A DNA stretch of 64,000 bases from Antedon mediterranea (lineage: Eukaryota; Animalia; Echinodermata): positions 9,082,201 through 9,146,200 of the forward strand of contig NC_092679.1 of the NCBI RefSeq assembly GCF_964355755.1, written 5' to 3'. The first letter of the stretch is position 1. Each line of letters opens with the position of its first letter. Positions 12,701 through 25,654 of the stretch are shown in pieces. The notes beneath the pieces are model-generated. The model searched no databases. It had not been told where the DNA came from and worked only from the letters and a program-made list of their open reading frames with translations. The position numbers and the translations under genes were made by a program.

Positions 12701-14154
12701 TTTTCGAAAATCACAAAATGGTCTAAAACGTCTCCAAATGCGATTTTAAGCTATTCTAAGCACTTTGGTGTTTTTATGTTAACAAGTTTTTTTGAAAATC
12801 ACAAAATGGTCTAAAACGTCTCTAAATGCGATTTGAAGCTTTTCTGTACACTTTGATGTTTTTATGTTAACAACTTTTTTCGAAAATCACAAAATGGTCT
12901 AAAATGTCTCCAAATGCGATTTGAAGCTATTCTAAGCACTTTGGTGTTTTTATGGAAACAATTTTTTTCGAAAATCACAAAATGGTCTAAAACGTCTCCA
13001 ATAGCGATTTGAAGCTTTTCTGTACACTTTGGTGTTTTTATGTTAACAAGTTTTTTCGAAAATCACAAAATGGTCTAAAACGTCTCCAAATGCGATTTGA
13101 AGCTAATCTGTACACTTTGATGTTTTTATGTTAACAAGTTTTTTCGAAAATCACAAAATGGTCTAAAACGTTTCAAAATGCGATTTGAAGCTTTTCTTTA
13201 CACTTTGGTGTTTTTATGTTAACAAGTTTTTTCGAAAATCACAAAATGGTCTAAAACGTCTCCAAATGCGATTTGAAGCTATTCTGTACACTTTGATGTT
13301 TTTATGTTAACAAGTTTTTTCGAAGATCACAAAATGGTCTAAAACGTCTACAAATGCAATTTGAAGCTATTCTAAGCACTTTTGTGTTTTTATGTTAACA
13401 AGTTTTTTTCGAAAATCACAAAATGGTCTAAAACGTCTGCAAATGCGATTTTAAACTATTCTTAGCACATTGGTGTTTTTATTTAAACAAATTTTTTCGA
13501 AACTCACAAAATGGTCTAAAACGTCTCCAAATGCGATTTGAAGCTATTTTAAGCACTTTGGTGTTTTTGTGTTAACAAGTTTTTCGAAATGCTCAAAATG
13601 GTCTAAAACGTTTCCAAATGCGATTTGAAGCTATTCTGTACACTTTGATGTTTTGTGTGAAAATTTTCTGTCGAAATGCTCAAAATGGTCAAAAACGTTT
13701 TTAAATACGATATTAAGCTACTTTGTGCTCTTTGATGTTTTTGTGTGAAATGTTTTATCGAAATGCTCAAAATGGTCTAAAACGGTTTCTAATGTGATTT
13801 CAAGCACTTTGATGTTTTTGTGTAACCAAGTTTTTCGAAAATCACAAAATTGTCTAAAACGTCTCCAAATGCGATTTGAAGCTATTCTGTACACTTTGAT
13901 GTTTTTATGTTAACAAGTTTTTCGAAAATCACAAAATGGTCTAAAACGTCTCCAAATGCGATTTTAAGCTATTCTAAGCACTTTGGTGTTTTTATGTTAA
14001 CAAGTTTTTTTGAAAATCACAAAATGGTCTAAAACGTCTCTAAATGCGATTTGAAGCTTTTCTGTACACTTTGGTGTTTTTATGGAAACAATTTTTTTCG
14101 AAAATCACAAAATGGTCTAAAACGTCTCCAATAGCGATTTGAAGCTTTTCTGTA

Positions 14155-17100
14155 CACTTTGGTGTTTTTATGTTAACAAGTTTTTTCGAAAATCACAAAA
14201 TGGTCTAAAACGTCTCCAAATGCGATTTGAAGCTATTCTGTACACTTTGATGTTTTTATGTTAACAAGTTTTTTCGAAAATCACAAAGTGGTCTAAAACG
14301 TCTACAAATGCGATTTGAAGCTATACTGTACACTTTGATGCTTTTATGTTAACAAGTTTTTTCAAAAATCACAAAATGGTCTAAAACGTTTCCAAATGCG
14401 ATTTGAAGCTATTCTGTACACTTTGATGTTTTGTGTGAAAATTTTCTGTCGAAATGCTCAAAATGGTCAAAAACGTTTTTAAATACGATATTAAGCTACT
14501 TTGTGCTCTTTGATGTTTTTGTGTGAAATGTTTTATCGAAATGCTCAAAATGGTCTAAAACGGTTTCTAATGTGATTTCAAGCACTTTGATGTTTTTGTG
14601 TAACCAAGTTTTTCGAAAATCACAAAATTGTCTAAAACGTCTCCAAATGCGATTTGAAGCTATTCTGTACACTTTGATGTTTTTATGTTAACAAGTTTTT
14701 CGAAAATCATAAAATGGTCTAAAACGTCTCCAAATGCGATTTTAAGCTATTCTAAGCACTTTGGTGTTTTTATGTTAACAAGTTTTTTTGAAAATCACAA
14801 AATGGTCTAAAACGTCTCTAAATGCGATTTGAAGCTTTTCTGTACACTTTGATGTTTTTATGTTAACAACTTTTTTCGAAAATCACAAAATGGTCTAAAA
14901 TGTCTCCAAATGCGATTTGAAGCTATTCTAAGCACTTTGATGTTTTTATGTTAACAAGTTTTTTCGAAAATCACAAAATGGTCTAAAACGTCTCCAATAG
15001 CGATTTTAAGCTATTCTGTACACTTTGATGTTTTTATGTTAACAACTTTTTTCGAAAATCACAAAATGGTCTAAAATGTCTCCAAATGCGATTTGAAGCT
15101 ATTCTAAGCACTTTGGTGTATTTATGGAAACAATTTTTTTCAAAAATCACAAAATGGTCTAAAACGTCTCCAATAGCGATTTGAAGCTTTTCTTTACACT
15201 TTGGTGTTTTTATGTTAACAAGTTTTTTCGAAAATCACAAAATGGTCTAAAACGTCTCCAAATGCGATTTGAAGCTATTCTGTACACTTTGATGTTTTTA
15301 TGTTAAGTTTTTTCGAAAATCACAAAATGGTCTAAAACGTCTACAAATGCAATTTGAAGCTATTCTAAGCACTTTTGTGTTTTTATGTTAACAAGTTTTT
15401 TCGAAAATCACAAAATGGTCTAAAACGTCTGCAAATGCGATTTGAAACTATTCTTAGCACATTGGTGTTTTTATTTAAACAAATTTTTTCGAAACTCACA
15501 AAATGGTCTAAAACGTCTCCAAATGCGATTTGAAGCTATTTTAAGCACTTTGGTGTTTTTGTGTTAACAAGTTTTTCGAAATGCTCAAAATGGTCTAAAA
15601 CGTTTTTAAACACGATATTAAGCTATTTTGTACTCTTTGATGTTTTTTTGTGAAAAGTTTTAGCAAAATGCTCAAAATGGTCTAAAACGATTTCTAATGT
15701 GATTTTAAGCACTTTGATGTTTTTATGTTAACTAGTTTTTTCGAAAATCACAAAATGGTCTAAAACGTCTCCAAATGCGATTTGAAGCTATTTTAAGCAC
15801 TTAGGTGCTTTTGTGTAACCAAGTTTTTTTTGAAAATCACAAAAGGGTCTAAAATGTCTCCAAATGTGATTTGAAGCTATTTTAAGCACTTTGGTGTTTT
15901 TGTGTTAACAAGTTTTTCGAAAATCACAAAATTGTCTAAAACGTCTCCAAATGCGATTTGAAGCTATTCTGTACACTTTGATGTTTTTATGTTAACAAGT
16001 TTTTTAGAAAATCACAAAATGGTCTAAAACATCTCCAAATGCGATTTAAAGCTATTCTGTACACTTTGGTGTTTTTATGTTAACAAGTTTTTTCGAAAAT
16101 CACAAAATGGTCTAAAACATCTCCAAATGCGATTTAAAGCTATTTTAAGCACTTTTGTGTTTTTGTGTAACCAAGTTTTTTCGAAAATCACAAAAGGGTC
16201 TAAAATGTCTGTAAATGCGATTTGAAGCTATTTAAAGCACTTTGGTGTTTTTAGGTTAACAAGTTTTTTCGAAAATCACAAAATGGTCTAAAACGTCTAC
16301 AAATGCGATTTGAAGCTATTCTAAGCACTTTGGTGTTTTTATGTTAACAAGTTTTTTTGAAAATCACAAAATGGTCTAAAACGTCTCTAAATGCGATTTG
16401 AAGCTTTTCTGTACACTTTAATGTTTTTATGTTTAACAACTTTTTTCGAAAATCACAAAATGGTCTAAAATGTCTCCAAATGCGATTTGAAGCTATTCTA
16501 AGCACTTTGGTGTTTTTATGGAAACAATTTTTTTCGAAAATCACAAAATGGTCTAAAACGTCTCCAATAGCGATTTGAAGCTTTTCTGTACACTTTGGTG
16601 TTTTTATGTTAACAAGTTTTTTCGAAAATCACAAAATGGTCTAAAACGTCTCCAAATGCGATTTGAAGCTAATCTGTACACTTTGATGTTTTTATGTTAA
16701 CAAGTTTTTTCGAAAATCACAAAATGGTCTAAAACGTTTCCAAATGCGATTTGAAGCTATTCTGTACACTTTGATGTTTTGTGTGAAAATTTTCTGTCGA
16801 AATGCTCAAAATGGTCAAAAACGTTTTTAAATACGATATTAAGCTACTTTGTGCTCTTTGATGTTTTTGTGTGAAATGTTTTATCGAAATGCTCAAAATG
16901 GTCTAAAACGGTTTCTAATGTGATTTCAAGCACTTTGATGTTTTTGTGTAACCAAGTTTTTCGAAAATCACAAAATTGTCTAAAACGTCTCCAAATGCGA
17001 TTTGAAGCTATTCTGTACACTTTGATGTTTTTATGTTAACAAGTTTTTTTGAAAATCACAAAATGGTCTAAAACGTCTCTAAATGCAATTTTAAGCTTTT

Positions 17101-20100
17101 CTGTACACTTTAATGTTTTTATGTTTAACAACTTTTTTCGAAAATCACAAAATGGTCTAAAATGTCTCCAAATGCGATTTGAAGCTATTCTAAGCACTTT
17201 GGTGTTTTTATGGAAACAATTTTTTTCGAAAATCACAAAATGGTCTAAAACGTCTCCAATAGCGATTTGAAGCTTTTCTGTACACTTTGGTGTTTTTATG
17301 TTAACAAGTTTTTTCGAAAATCACAAAATGGTCTAAAACGTCTCCAAATGCGATTTGAAGCTATTCTGTACACTTTGATGTTTTTATGTTAACAAGTTTT
17401 TTCGAAAATCACAAAATGGTCTAAAACGTCTACAAATGCGATTTGAAGCTATTCTGTACACTTTGATGCTTTTATGTTAACAAGTTTTTTCGAAAATCAC
17501 AAAATGGTCTAAAACGTTTCCAAATGCGATTTGAAGCTATTCTGTACACTTTGATGTTTTGTGTGAAAATTTTCTGTCGAAATGCTCAAAATGGTCAAAA
17601 ACGTTTTTAAATACGATATTAAGCTACTTTGTGCTCTTTGATGTTTTTGTGTGAAATGTTTTATCGAAATGCTCAAAATGGTCTAAAACGGTTTCTAATG
17701 TGATTTCAAGCACTTTGATGTTTTTGTGTAACCAAGTTTTTTGAAAATCACAAAATTGTCTAAAACGTCTCCAAATGCGATTTGAAGCTATTCTAAGCAC
17801 TTTGGTGTTTTTATGTTAACAAGTTTTTTTGAAAATCACAAAATGGTCTAAAACGTCTCTAAATGCGATTTGAAGCTTTTCTGTACAATTTGATGTTTTT
17901 ATGTTAACAACTTTTTTCGAAAATCACAAAATGGTCTAAAACGTCTACAAATGCGATTTGAAGCTATTCTGTACACTTTGATGCTTTTATGTTAACAAGT
18001 TTTTTCGAAAATCACAAAATGGTCTAAAACGTTTCCAAATGCGATTTGAAGCTATTCTGTACACTTTGATGTTTTGTGTGAAAATTTTCTGTCGAAATGC
18101 TCAAAATGGTCAAAAACGTTTTTAAATACGATATTAAGCTACTTTGTGCTCTTTGATGTTTTTGTGTGAAATGTTTTATCGAAATGCTCAAAATGGTCTA
18201 AAACGGTTTCTAATGTGATTTCAAGCACTTTGATGTTTTTGTGTAACCAAGTTTTTTGAAAATCACAAAATTGTCTAAAACGTCTCCAAATGCGATTTGA
18301 AGCTATTCTAAGCACTTTGGTGTTTTTATGTTAACAAGTTTTTTTGAAAATCACAAAATGGTCTAAAACGTCTCTAAATGCGATTTGAAGCTTTTCTGTA
18401 CAATTTGATGTTTTTATGTTAACAACTTTTTTCGAAAATCACAAAATGGTCTAAAATGTCTCCAAATGCGATTTGAAGCTATTCTAAGCACTTTGGTGTT
18501 TTTATGTTAACAAGTTTTTTCGAAAATCACAAAATGGTCTAAAACGTCTCCAAATGCGATTTGAAGCTATTCTGTACACTTTGATGTTTTTATGTTAACA
18601 AGTTTTTTCGAAAATCACAAAATGGTCTAAAACGTCTACAAATGCGATTTGAAGCTATACTGTACACTTTGATGCTTTTATGTTAACAAGTTTTTTCAAA
18701 AATCACAAAATGGTCTAAAACGTTTCCAAATGCGATTTGAAGCTATTCTGTACACTTTGATGTTTTGTGTGAAAATTTTCTGTCGAAATGCTCAAAATGG
18801 TCAAAAACGTTTTTAAATACGATATTAAGCTACTTTGTGCTCTTTGATGTTTTTGTGTGAAATGTTTTATCGAAATGCTCAAAATGGTCTAAAACGGTTT
18901 CTAATGTGATTTCAAGCACTTTGATGTTTTTGTGTAACCAAGTTTTTCGAAAATCACAAAATTGTCTAAAACGTCTCCAAATGCGATTTGAAGCTATTCT
19001 GTACACTTTGATGTTTTTATGTTAACAAGTTTTTCGAAAATCATAAAATGGTCTAAAACGTCTCCAAATGCGATTTTAAGCTATTCTAAGCACTTTGGTG
19101 TTTTTATGTTAACAAGTTTTTTTGAAAATCACAAAATGGTCTAAAACGTCTCTAAATGCGATTTGAAGCTTTTCTGTACACTTTGATGTTTTTATGTTAA
19201 CAACTTTTTTCGAAAATCACAAAATGGTCTAAAATGTCTCCAAATGCGATTTGAAGCTATTCTAAGCACTTTGATGTTTTTATGTTAACAAGTTTTTTCG
19301 AAAATCACAAAATGGTCTAAAACGTCTCCAATAGCGATTTTAAGCTATTCTGTACACTTTGATGTTTTTATGTTAACAACTTTTTTCGAAAATCACAAAA
19401 TGGTCTAAAATGTCTCCAAATGCGATTTGAAGCTATTCTAAGCACTTTGGTGTTTTTATGGAAACAATTTTTTTCAAAAATCACAAAATGGTCTAAAACG
19501 TCTCCAATAGCGATTTGAAGCTTTTCTTTACACTTTGGTGTTTTTATGTTAACAAGTTTTTTCGAAAATCACAAAATGGTCTAAAACGTCTCCAAATGCG
19601 ATTTGAAGCTATTCTGTACACTTTGATGTTTTTATGTTAACAAGTTTTTTCGAAAATCACAAAATGGTCTAAAACGTCTACAAATGCAATTTGAAGCTAT
19701 TCTAAGCACTTTTGTGTTTTTATGTTAACAAGTTTTTTCGAAAATCACAAAATGGTCTAAAACGTCTGCAAATGCGATTTGAAACTATTCTTAGCACATT
19801 GGTGTTTTTATTTAAACAAATTTTTTCGAAACTCACAAAATGGTCTAAAACGTCTCCAAATGCGATTTGAAGCTATTTTAAGCACTTTGGTGTTTTTGTG
19901 TTAACAAGTTTTTCGAAATGCTCAAAATGGTCTAAAACGTTTTTAAACACGATATTAAGCTATTTTGTACTCTTTGATGTTTTTTTGTGAAAAGTTTTAG
20001 CAAAATGCTCAAAATGGTCTAAAACGATTTCTAATGTGATTTTAAGCACTTTGATGTTTTTATGTTAACTAGTTTTTTCGAAAATCACAAAATGGTCTAA

Positions 20101-22995
20101 AACGTCTCCAAATGCGATTTGAAGCTATTTTAAGCACTTAGGTGCTTTTGTGTAACCAAGTTTTTTTTGAAAATCACAAAAGGGTCTAAAATGTCTCCAA
20201 ATGTGATTTGAAGCTATTTTAAGCACTTTGGTGTTTTTGTGTTAACAAGTTTTTCGAAAATCACAAAATTGTCTAAAACGTCTCCAAATGCGATTTGAAG
20301 CTATTCTGTACACTTTGATGTTTTTATGTTAACAAGTTTTTTAGAAAATCACAAAATGGTCTAAAACATCTCCAAATGCGATTTAAAGCTATTCTGTACA
20401 CTTTGGTGTTTTTATGTTAACAAGTTTTTTCGAAAATCACAAAATGGTCTAAAACATCTCCAAATGCGATTTAAAGCTATTTTAAGCACTTTTGTGTTTT
20501 TGTGTAACCAAGTTTTTTCGAAAATCACAAAAGGGTCTAAAATGTCTGTAAATGCGATTTGAAGCTATTTAAAGCACTTTGGTGTTTTTAGGTTAACAGG
20601 TTTTTTCGAAAATCACAAAATGGTCTAAAACGTCTACAAATGCGATTTGAAGCTATTCTAAGCACTTTGGTGTTTTTATGTTAACAAGTTTTTTTGAAAA
20701 TCACAAAATGGTCTAAAACGTCTCTAAATGCGATTTGAAGCTTTTCTGTACACTTTAATGTTTTTATGTTTAACAACTTTTTTCGAAAATCACAAAATGG
20801 TCTAAAATGTCTCCAAATGCGATTTGAAGCTATTCTAAGCACTTTGGTGTTTTTATGGAAACAATTTTTTTCGAAAATCACAAAATGGTCTAAAACGTCT
20901 CCAATAGCGATTTGAAGCTTTTCTGTACACTTTGGTGTTTTTATGTTAACAAGTTTTTTCGAAAATCACAAAATGGTCTAAAACGTCTCCAAATGCGATT
21001 TGAAGCTAATCTGTACACTTTGATGTTTTTATGTTAACAAGTTTTTTCGAAAATCACAAAATGGTCTAAAACGTTTCCAAATGCGATTTGAAGCTATTCT
21101 GTACACTTTGATGTTTTGTGTGAAAATTTTCTGTCGAAATGCTCAAAATGGTCAAAAACGTTTTTAAATACGATATTAAGCTACTTTGTGCTCTTTGATG
21201 TTTTTGTGTGAAATGTTTTATCGAAATGCTCAAAATGGTCTAAAACGGTTTCTAATGTGATTTCAAGCACTTTGATGTTTTTGTGTAACCAAGTTTTTCG
21301 AAAATCACAAAATTGTCTAAAACGTCTCCAAATGCGATTTGAAGCTATTCTGTACACTTTGATGTTTTTATGTTAACAAGTTTTTTTGAAAATCACAAAA
21401 TGGTCTAAAACGTCTCTAAATGCAATTTTAAGCTTTTCTGTACACTTTAATGTTTTTATGTTTAACAACTTTTTTCGAAAATCACAAAATGGTCTAAAAT
21501 GTCTCCAAATGCGATTTGAAGCTATTCTAAGCACTTTGGTGTTTTTATGGAAACAATTTTTTTCGAAAATCACAAAATGGTCTAAAACGTCTCCAATAGC
21601 GATTTGAAGCTTTTCTGTACACTTTGGTGTTTTTATGTTAACAAGTTTTTTCGAAAATCACAAAATGGTCTAAAACGTCTCCAAATGCGATTTGAAGCTA
21701 TTCTGTACACTTTGATGTTTTTATGTTAACAAGTTTTTTCGAAAATCACAAAATGGTCTAAAACGTCTACAAATGCGATTTGAAGCTATTCTGTACACTT
21801 TGATGCTTTTATGTTAACAAGTTTTTTCGAAAATCACAAAATGGTCTAAAACGTTTCCAAATGCGATTTGAAGCTATTCTGTACACTTTGATGTTTTGTG
21901 TGAAAATTTTCTGTCGAAATGCTCAAAATGGTCAAAAACGTTTTTAAATACGATATTAAGCTACTTTGTGCTCTTTGATGTTTTTGTGTGAAATGTTTTA
22001 TCGAAATGCTCAAAATGGTCTAAAACGGTTTCTAATGTGATTTCAAGCACTTTGATGTTTTTGTGAAACCAAGTTTTTTGAAAATCACAAAATTGTCTAA
22101 AACGTCTCCAAATGCGATTTGAAGCTATTCTAAGCACTTTGGTGTTTTTATGTTAACAAGTTTTTTTGAAAATCACAAAATGGTCTAAAACGTCTCTAAA
22201 TGCGATTTGAAGCTTTTCTGTACAATTTGATGTTTTTATGTTAACAACTTTTTTCGAAAATCACAAAATGGTCTAAAACGTCTACAAATGCGATTTGAAG
22301 CTATTCTGTACACTTTGATGCTTTTATGTTAACAAGTTTTTTCGAAAATCACAAAATGGTCTAAAACGTTTCCAAATGCGATTTGAAGCTATTCTGTACA
22401 CTTTGATGTTTTGTGTGAAAATTTTCTGTCGAAATGCTCAAAATGGTCAAAAACGTTTTTAAATACGATATTAAGCTACTTTGTGCTCTTTGATGTTTTT
22501 GTGTGAAATGTTTTATCGAAATGCTCAAAATGGTCTAAAACGGTTTCTAATGTGATTTCAAGCACTTTGATGTTTTTGTGTAACCAAGTTTTTTGAAAAT
22601 CACAAAATTGTCTAAAACGTCTCCAAATGCGATTTGAAGCTATTCTAAGCACTTTGGTGTTTTTATGTTAACAAGTTTTTTTGAAAATCACAAAATGGTC
22701 TAAAACGTCTCTAAATGCGATTTGAAGCTTTTCTGTACAATTTGATGTTTTTATGTTAACAACTTTTTTCGAAAATCACAAAATGGTCTAAAATGTCTCC
22801 AAATGCGATTTGAAGCTATTCTAAGCACTTTGGTGTTTTTATGTTAACAAGTTTTTTCGAAAATCACAAAATGGTCTAAAACGTCTCCAAATGCGATTTG
22901 AAGCTATTCTGTACACTTTGATGTTTTTATGTTAACAAGTTTTTTCGAAAATCACAAAATGGTCTAAAACGTCTACAAATGCGATTTGAAGCTAT
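14155..22995 (+). repeat. Tandem duplication, unit ~4334-4337 bp (14155-18488 / 18489-22825, plus ~170 bp of a third copy)
   Basis: Shared CTATACTG (14321/18655) and AAATCATAAAA (~14704/19038). ORF pairs 16344/20681 and 17036/21373 have offset 4337. The offset shifts from 4334 to 4337 across a 3-bp deletion at ~15305. Confidence 0.92.
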
Positions 22996-24103
22996 TCTGT
23001 ACACTTTGATGTTTTTATGTTAGCAAGTTTTTTCGAAAATCACAAAATGGTCTAAAACGTCTACAAATGCGATTTGTAGCTAATCTGTACACTTTGATGT
23101 TTTTATGTTAACAAGTTTTTTCGAAAACACAAAAGGGTCTAAAATGTCTGTAAATGCGATTTGAAGCTATTTAAAGCACTTTGGTGTTTTTAGGTTAACA
23201 AGTTTTTTCGAAAATCACAAAATGGTCTAAAACGTCTACAAATGCGATTTGAAGCTATTCTAAGCACTTTTGTGTTTTTGTGTTAACAAGTTTTTCGAAA
23301 ATCACAAAATGGTCTAAAACGTTTCCAAATGCGATTTGAAGCTATTCTGTACACTTTGATGTTTTGTGTGAAAATTTTCTTTCGAAATGCTCAAAATGGT
23401 CAAAAACGTTTTTAAATACGATATTAAGCTACTTTGTGCTCTTTGATGTTTTTGTGTGAAATGTTTTATCGAAATGCTCAAAATGGTCTAAAACGGTTTC
23501 TAATGTGATTTCAAGCACTTTGATGTTTTTGTGTAACCAAGTTTTTCGAAAATCACAAAATTGTCTAAAACGTCTCCAAATGCGATTTGAAGCTATTCTG
23601 TACACTTTGATGTTTTTATGTTAACAAGTTTTTCGAAAATCACAAAATGGTCTAAAACGTCTCCAAATGCGATTTGAAGCTATTCTGTACACTTTGATGT
23701 TTTTATGTTAACAAGTTTTTCGAAAATCACAAAATGGTCTAAAACGTCTCTAAATGCGATTTGAAGCTTTTCTGTACACTTTAATGTTTTTATGTTAACA
23801 ACTTTTTTCGAAAATCACAAAATGGTCTAAAATGTCTCCAAATGCGATTTGAAGCTATTCTAAGCACTTTGATGTTTTTATGTTAACAAGTTTTTTCGAA
23901 AATCACAAAATGGTCTAAAACGTCTACAAATGCGATTTGAAGCTATTCTAAGCACTTTTGTGTTTTTATGTTAACAAGTTTTTTTGAAAATCACAAAATG
24001 GTCTAAAACGTTTCAAAATGCGATTTGAAGCTTTTCTTTACACTTTGGTGTTTTTATGTTAACAAGTTTTTTCGAAAATCACAAAATGGTCTAAAACGTC
24101 TCC

Positions 24104-24153
24104 AAATGCGATTTGAAGCACCAAAGTGCTTTAAATAGCTTCAAATCGCATTT
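24104..24153. other. Strand-switch (inversion) junction; 16-bp perfect inverted repeat with 18-nt spacer
   Basis: AAATGCGATTTGAAGC (24104-24119), then ACCAAAGTGCTTTAAATA (24120-24137), then GCTTCAAATCGCATTT (24138-24153). C24119 fits both the forward monomer (GAAGC) and the reverse monomer (CACCAAAG). Confidence 0.97.
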
Positions 24154-25654
24154 ACAGACATTTTAGACCCTTTTGTGATTTTCGAAAAAACTTGGTTACA
24201 CAAAAACACAAAAGTGCTTAAAATAGCTTTAAATCGTATTTGGAGACGTTTTAGACCATTTTGTGATTTTCGAAAAAACTTGTTAACATAAAAACATCAA
24301 AGTGTACAGAATAGCTTCAAATCGCATTTGGAGACGTTTTAGACCATTTTGTGATTTTCGAAAAAAATTGTTAACATAAAAACACCAAAGTGTACAGAAA
24401 AGCTTCAAATCGCTATTGGAGACGTTTTAGACCATTTTGTGATTTTCGAAAAAAATTGTTTCCATAAAGACACCAAAGTGCTTAAAATAGCTTCAAATCG
24501 CATTTGGAGACATTTTAGACCATTTTGTGATTTTCGAAAAAAGTTGTTAACATAAAAACATCAAAGTGTACAGAAAAGCTTCAAATCGCATTTAGAGACG
24601 TTTTAGACCATTTTGTGATTTTCAAAAAAACTTGTTAACATAAAAACACCAAAGTGCTTAGAATAGCTTAAAATCGCATTTGGAGACGTTTTAGACCATT
24701 TTGTGATTTTCGAAAAACTTGTTAACATAAAAACATCAAAGTGTACAGAATAGCTTCAAATCGCATTTGGAGACGTTTTAGACAATTTTGTGATTTTCGA
24801 AAAACTTGGTTACACAAAAACATCAAAGTGCTTGAAATCACATTAGAAACCGTTTTAGACCATTTTGAGCATTTTGATAAAACATTTCACACAAAAACAT
24901 CAAAGAGCACAAAGTAGCTTAATATCGTATTTAAAAACGTTTTTGACCATTTTGAGCATTTCGACAGAAAATTTTCACACAAAACATCAAAGTGTACAGA
25001 ATAGCTTCAAATCGCATTTGGAAACGTTTTAGACCATTTTGAGCATTTCGAAAAACTTGTTAACACAAAAACACCAAAGTGCTTAAAATAGCTTCAAATC
25101 GCATTTGGAGACGTTTTAGACCATTTTGTGATTTTCGAAAAAACTTGTTAACATAAAAACACCAAAGTGCTTAAAATAGCTTTAAATCGCATTTGGAGAT
25201 GTTTTAGACCATTTTGTGATTTTCTAAAAAACTTGTTAACATAAAAACATCAAAGTGTACAGAATAGCTTCAAATCGCATTTGGAGACGTTTTAGACAAT
25301 TTTGTGATTTTCGAAAAACTTGTTAACACAAAAACACCAAACTGCTTAAAATAGCTTCAAATCACATTTGGAGACATTTTAGACCCTTTTGTGATTTTCA
25401 AAAAAACTTGGTTACACAAAAGCACCTAAGTGCTTAAAATAGCTTCAAATCGCATTTGGAGACGTTTTAGACCATTTTGTGATTTTCGAAAAAACTAGTT
25501 AACATAAAAACATCAAAGTGCTTAAAATCACATTAGAAATCGTTTTAGACCATTTTGAGCATTTTGCTAAAACTTTTCACAAAAAAACATCAAAGAGCAC
25601 AAAATAGCTTAATATCGTGTTTAAAAACGTTTTAGACCATTTTGAGCATTTCGA

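Larger units (their letters stand above)
1..24119 (+). repeat. Tandem satellite array, 87-88 bp monomer, forward orientation (roughly 275-280 monomers; continues beyond the left window edge)
   Basis: CGAAAATCACAAAATGGTCTAAAA recurs every 87-88 bp (e.g. 296, 383, 471), with no intervening unique sequence. The 87 vs 88 bp difference is mostly T5 vs T6 before CGAAAA. Confidence 0.99.

Noticed and set aside
16344-21607. 66-73 aa ORFs on both strands
   Set aside because: These are overlapping antisense and sense read-throughs of satellite monomers with non-ATG starts, duplicated at the 4337-bp offset. They are not genes.
24104-24153. Rho-independent terminator, MITE or transposon TIR at the hairpin
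   Set aside because: The stem is simply two oppositely oriented satellite monomers. There is no upstream gene, target-site duplication or non-satellite internal sequence.
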